64,000 nt of DNA. Origin: Octopus vulgaris. Its lineage: Eukaryota. The position numbers and the translations under genes were made by a program. The stretch covers positions 62,248,001 to 62,312,000 of the forward strand of contig OX597823.1 in assembly GCA_951406725.2 (NCBI GenBank), read 5' to 3'. Each line of letters begins with the position of its first letter. Position 1 is the stretch's first letter. The notes under the pieces were generated by a model. The model was not told the DNA's origin and ran no database searches. It saw only the letters and a list, made by a program, of their open reading frames with translations. Positions 62,053 to 64,000 of this stretch are shown here, in pieces.

Positions 62053-62226
62053 TACGACGGGCTTCTTTCAGTTTCCGTCTTCCAAATCCACTTACAAGGC
62101 TTTGGTCGACACGAGTAGAAGACACTATAGTAGAAGACACTTGCCCAAGGTGCTACGCAGTGGGACTGAACCCGGAACTATGTGGTTGGTAAACAAGCTA
62201 CTTACCACACAGCCACTCCTACGCCT
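62053..62226 (-). mobile_element. SINE family A 5' half (its 3' half lies at about 61550-61700)
   Basis: Reverse complement of the family-A head. Confidence 0.8.
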
Positions 62227-62867
62227 GCATAAATTTCTGGAGTTTTAAACAAAACAAATGGTAACTGATAACAGCTGACCCAGGATCAGATAGAATCAAG
62301 ATAAAGCAGATTTTGTCAGTTTCACAGTGTTTGTTAGTAGTTCAATAAACATTTTATATAAGTGTATAAATATCCTCCCGCGTGCGTGACTATGTACCTA
62401 TGTATATGCCTATGTAGATATGTATCTGCAAGCGCATAAAAAAAAAGGCCGCACGCACGCACGCGCACACACACACACAGGAAGAGAGGTAGGATGAGTG
62501 AATAAAGAGTAAGAAAAGTATACAGTACGAGACAAAGCGTGATTAATAGAAATTATTTTCGTTTCGTTCGAGAGAAGGTAAGCAAACGGACATCTAGTGG
62601 CGATAACTAGAGATTGTATATCTAAATTGGAGATAATATGAAGGAATTACTTTCCTATTCATCTTTAGCTCATATACGAGCGAAAGAACAGTTGTACTAT
62701 ATACTTAAAATTCTCATTTTATATATATATATATGTGTGTGTGTTTGTGTGTGTATGCATGTATATATATGTATATATATGCACGCATTTATATATATAT
62801 GCATATATATATACATGATTATATATGATATTTATTATTTTATTGAACACCACGCATCCATTTCCAA

Positions 62868-62923
<56 letters not shown>

Positions 62924-62960
62924 CTCTGTCTTCCCTTCTCGGGATCTTTCCTTCTCCTAT

Positions 62961-62995
62961 GTTTCCGACGAAGAGCTCCGCTCGAAACGTTAAAC
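62961..62995 (+). ncRNA. Minimal hammerhead ribozyme variant inside a short unit between (TA)n tracts
   Basis: gttt-CCGACGA-A-GAGC-tcc-GCTC-GAAA-CG-TT-aaac; all stems pair perfectly, core U4 replaced by C. Confidence 0.6.
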
Positions 62996-63130
62996 CCTCC
63001 TTCCCTGAGCGTCCAATAATACTTTATTTGTTCCACGTCCTCGGGTTGCTGTGTTTTTTTGTTTTTTTTGTGTTTTCTTGTTTGGATTAACTTTATACAT
63101 ATATATATATATATATATATACATATATAC

Positions 63131-63230
<100 letters not shown>

Positions 63231-63504
63231 TATGAAGTGAGAGGGAGGAAGAGAAAGAGAGATACGTGTGGGGATGGAATTGAATTAGAAACTTTCATTT
63301 CTTACGCAAAAAGTGTTTGCTTTCCTTCCTATGATGTACCCATTTTAGACACCCATTTAAACGGTCTTGCATTATCTTCATTCTATAAACTGTAGTTGTT
63401 GTTGCACTGCGAATAATGCTGTTACTGCCGGTCGTGCTGCCGGTTTTGCTGTTCTTGCTATTGTTGCCGTTACTACTGTTACCGACAGATACATTGTTTT
63501 GTTG

Positions 63505-63890
63505 ATGTTTGTTTGTTTGTTTGTTTGTTGAGTGAAGCGGTCTTCGTCCCAGAGTGGGAGAAGTCCGAAACGTGGTCCTTTGCTATTCGTAAGACCAGCA
63601 GCAGAGAAAAGCAGGTCAACCGCCGACACCGAGAGCATCGACGGATGGATGAATGTGCATCCAGGCTCAGCGGTTGCGTAGGAAGTCGGGGATAAGAAAC
63701 AGGAAGAAAGAGTGGGAGAAAGTTGGAGCGAAAGAGTACAACAGGGGTCGCCACCACCCCCTGCCGGGGCCTCGTGGAGCTTTTAGGTGTTTTCGCTCAA
63801 TAAATACTCACAATGCCCCGTCTGGGAATCGAAACCGCGTTCTTACAACCGCGAGTCCGCTGCCCTAACCACTGGGTCATTGCGCCTCCA
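63505..63890 (-). mobile_element. tRNA-derived SINE family D
   Basis: Head GGAGGCGCAATGACCCAGTGGTTAGGGCAGCGGACTCGCGG...GGTTTCGATTCCC, (CAAA)n tail; related older heads at about 13310-13460 and 29012-29130. Confidence 0.75.
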
Positions 63891-64000
63891 CATTGTTGTT
63901 GCTGCTGTCACTGCCGTTGTTGCCGTTACTGTCTAATTGAATCCTAAACATAAAAGACCGCAACCAAGTATTCCTCTAATTTTACGTTTTCAATACAAAT

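Noticed and set aside
63725-63825. HDV-like pseudoknot within SINE D (TCCACG loop)
   Set aside because: Some stems can be drawn, but the P1.1 GG and J4/2 consensus are missing and the region is the ordinary post-tRNA SINE segment.
63820-63890. tRNA gene on the minus strand
   Set aside because: The tRNA-like head continues into SINE body and tail and lacks a proper acceptor stem; the same applies to the heads of families A and B.

Overview
AT-rich, microsatellite- and SINE-dense eukaryotic DNA, most consistent with a coleoid cephalopod such as Octopus (inferred from repeat style, not proven). Three spliced genes can be rebuilt by hand with GT-AG borders and open frames: SNRNP25 (- strand, 5 coding exons, 164 aa), head-to-head with POLR3K/RPC11 (+ strand, 3 exons, 108 aa), and a divergent SLC16/MCT-family transporter (+ strand, 5 coding exons, 597 aa). 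The rest is transposon-derived: several SINE families, CR1/RTE/HERO-like LINE relics, hAT and mariner relics, a non-autonomous Helitron, and a very young non-coding LTR element (594-bp LTRs, tRNA-Trp PBS). The most striking unannotated signal is about ten minimal type-I hammerhead-ribozyme motifs from several unrelated repeat families. Most lie beside (TA)n microsatellites and several occur as inverted pairs, the hallmark of Penelope-like pseudo-LTRs or retrozyme-like elements. Most ORFs in the supplied track are spurious. Repeat boundaries were read by eye and are approximate unless stated as exact.
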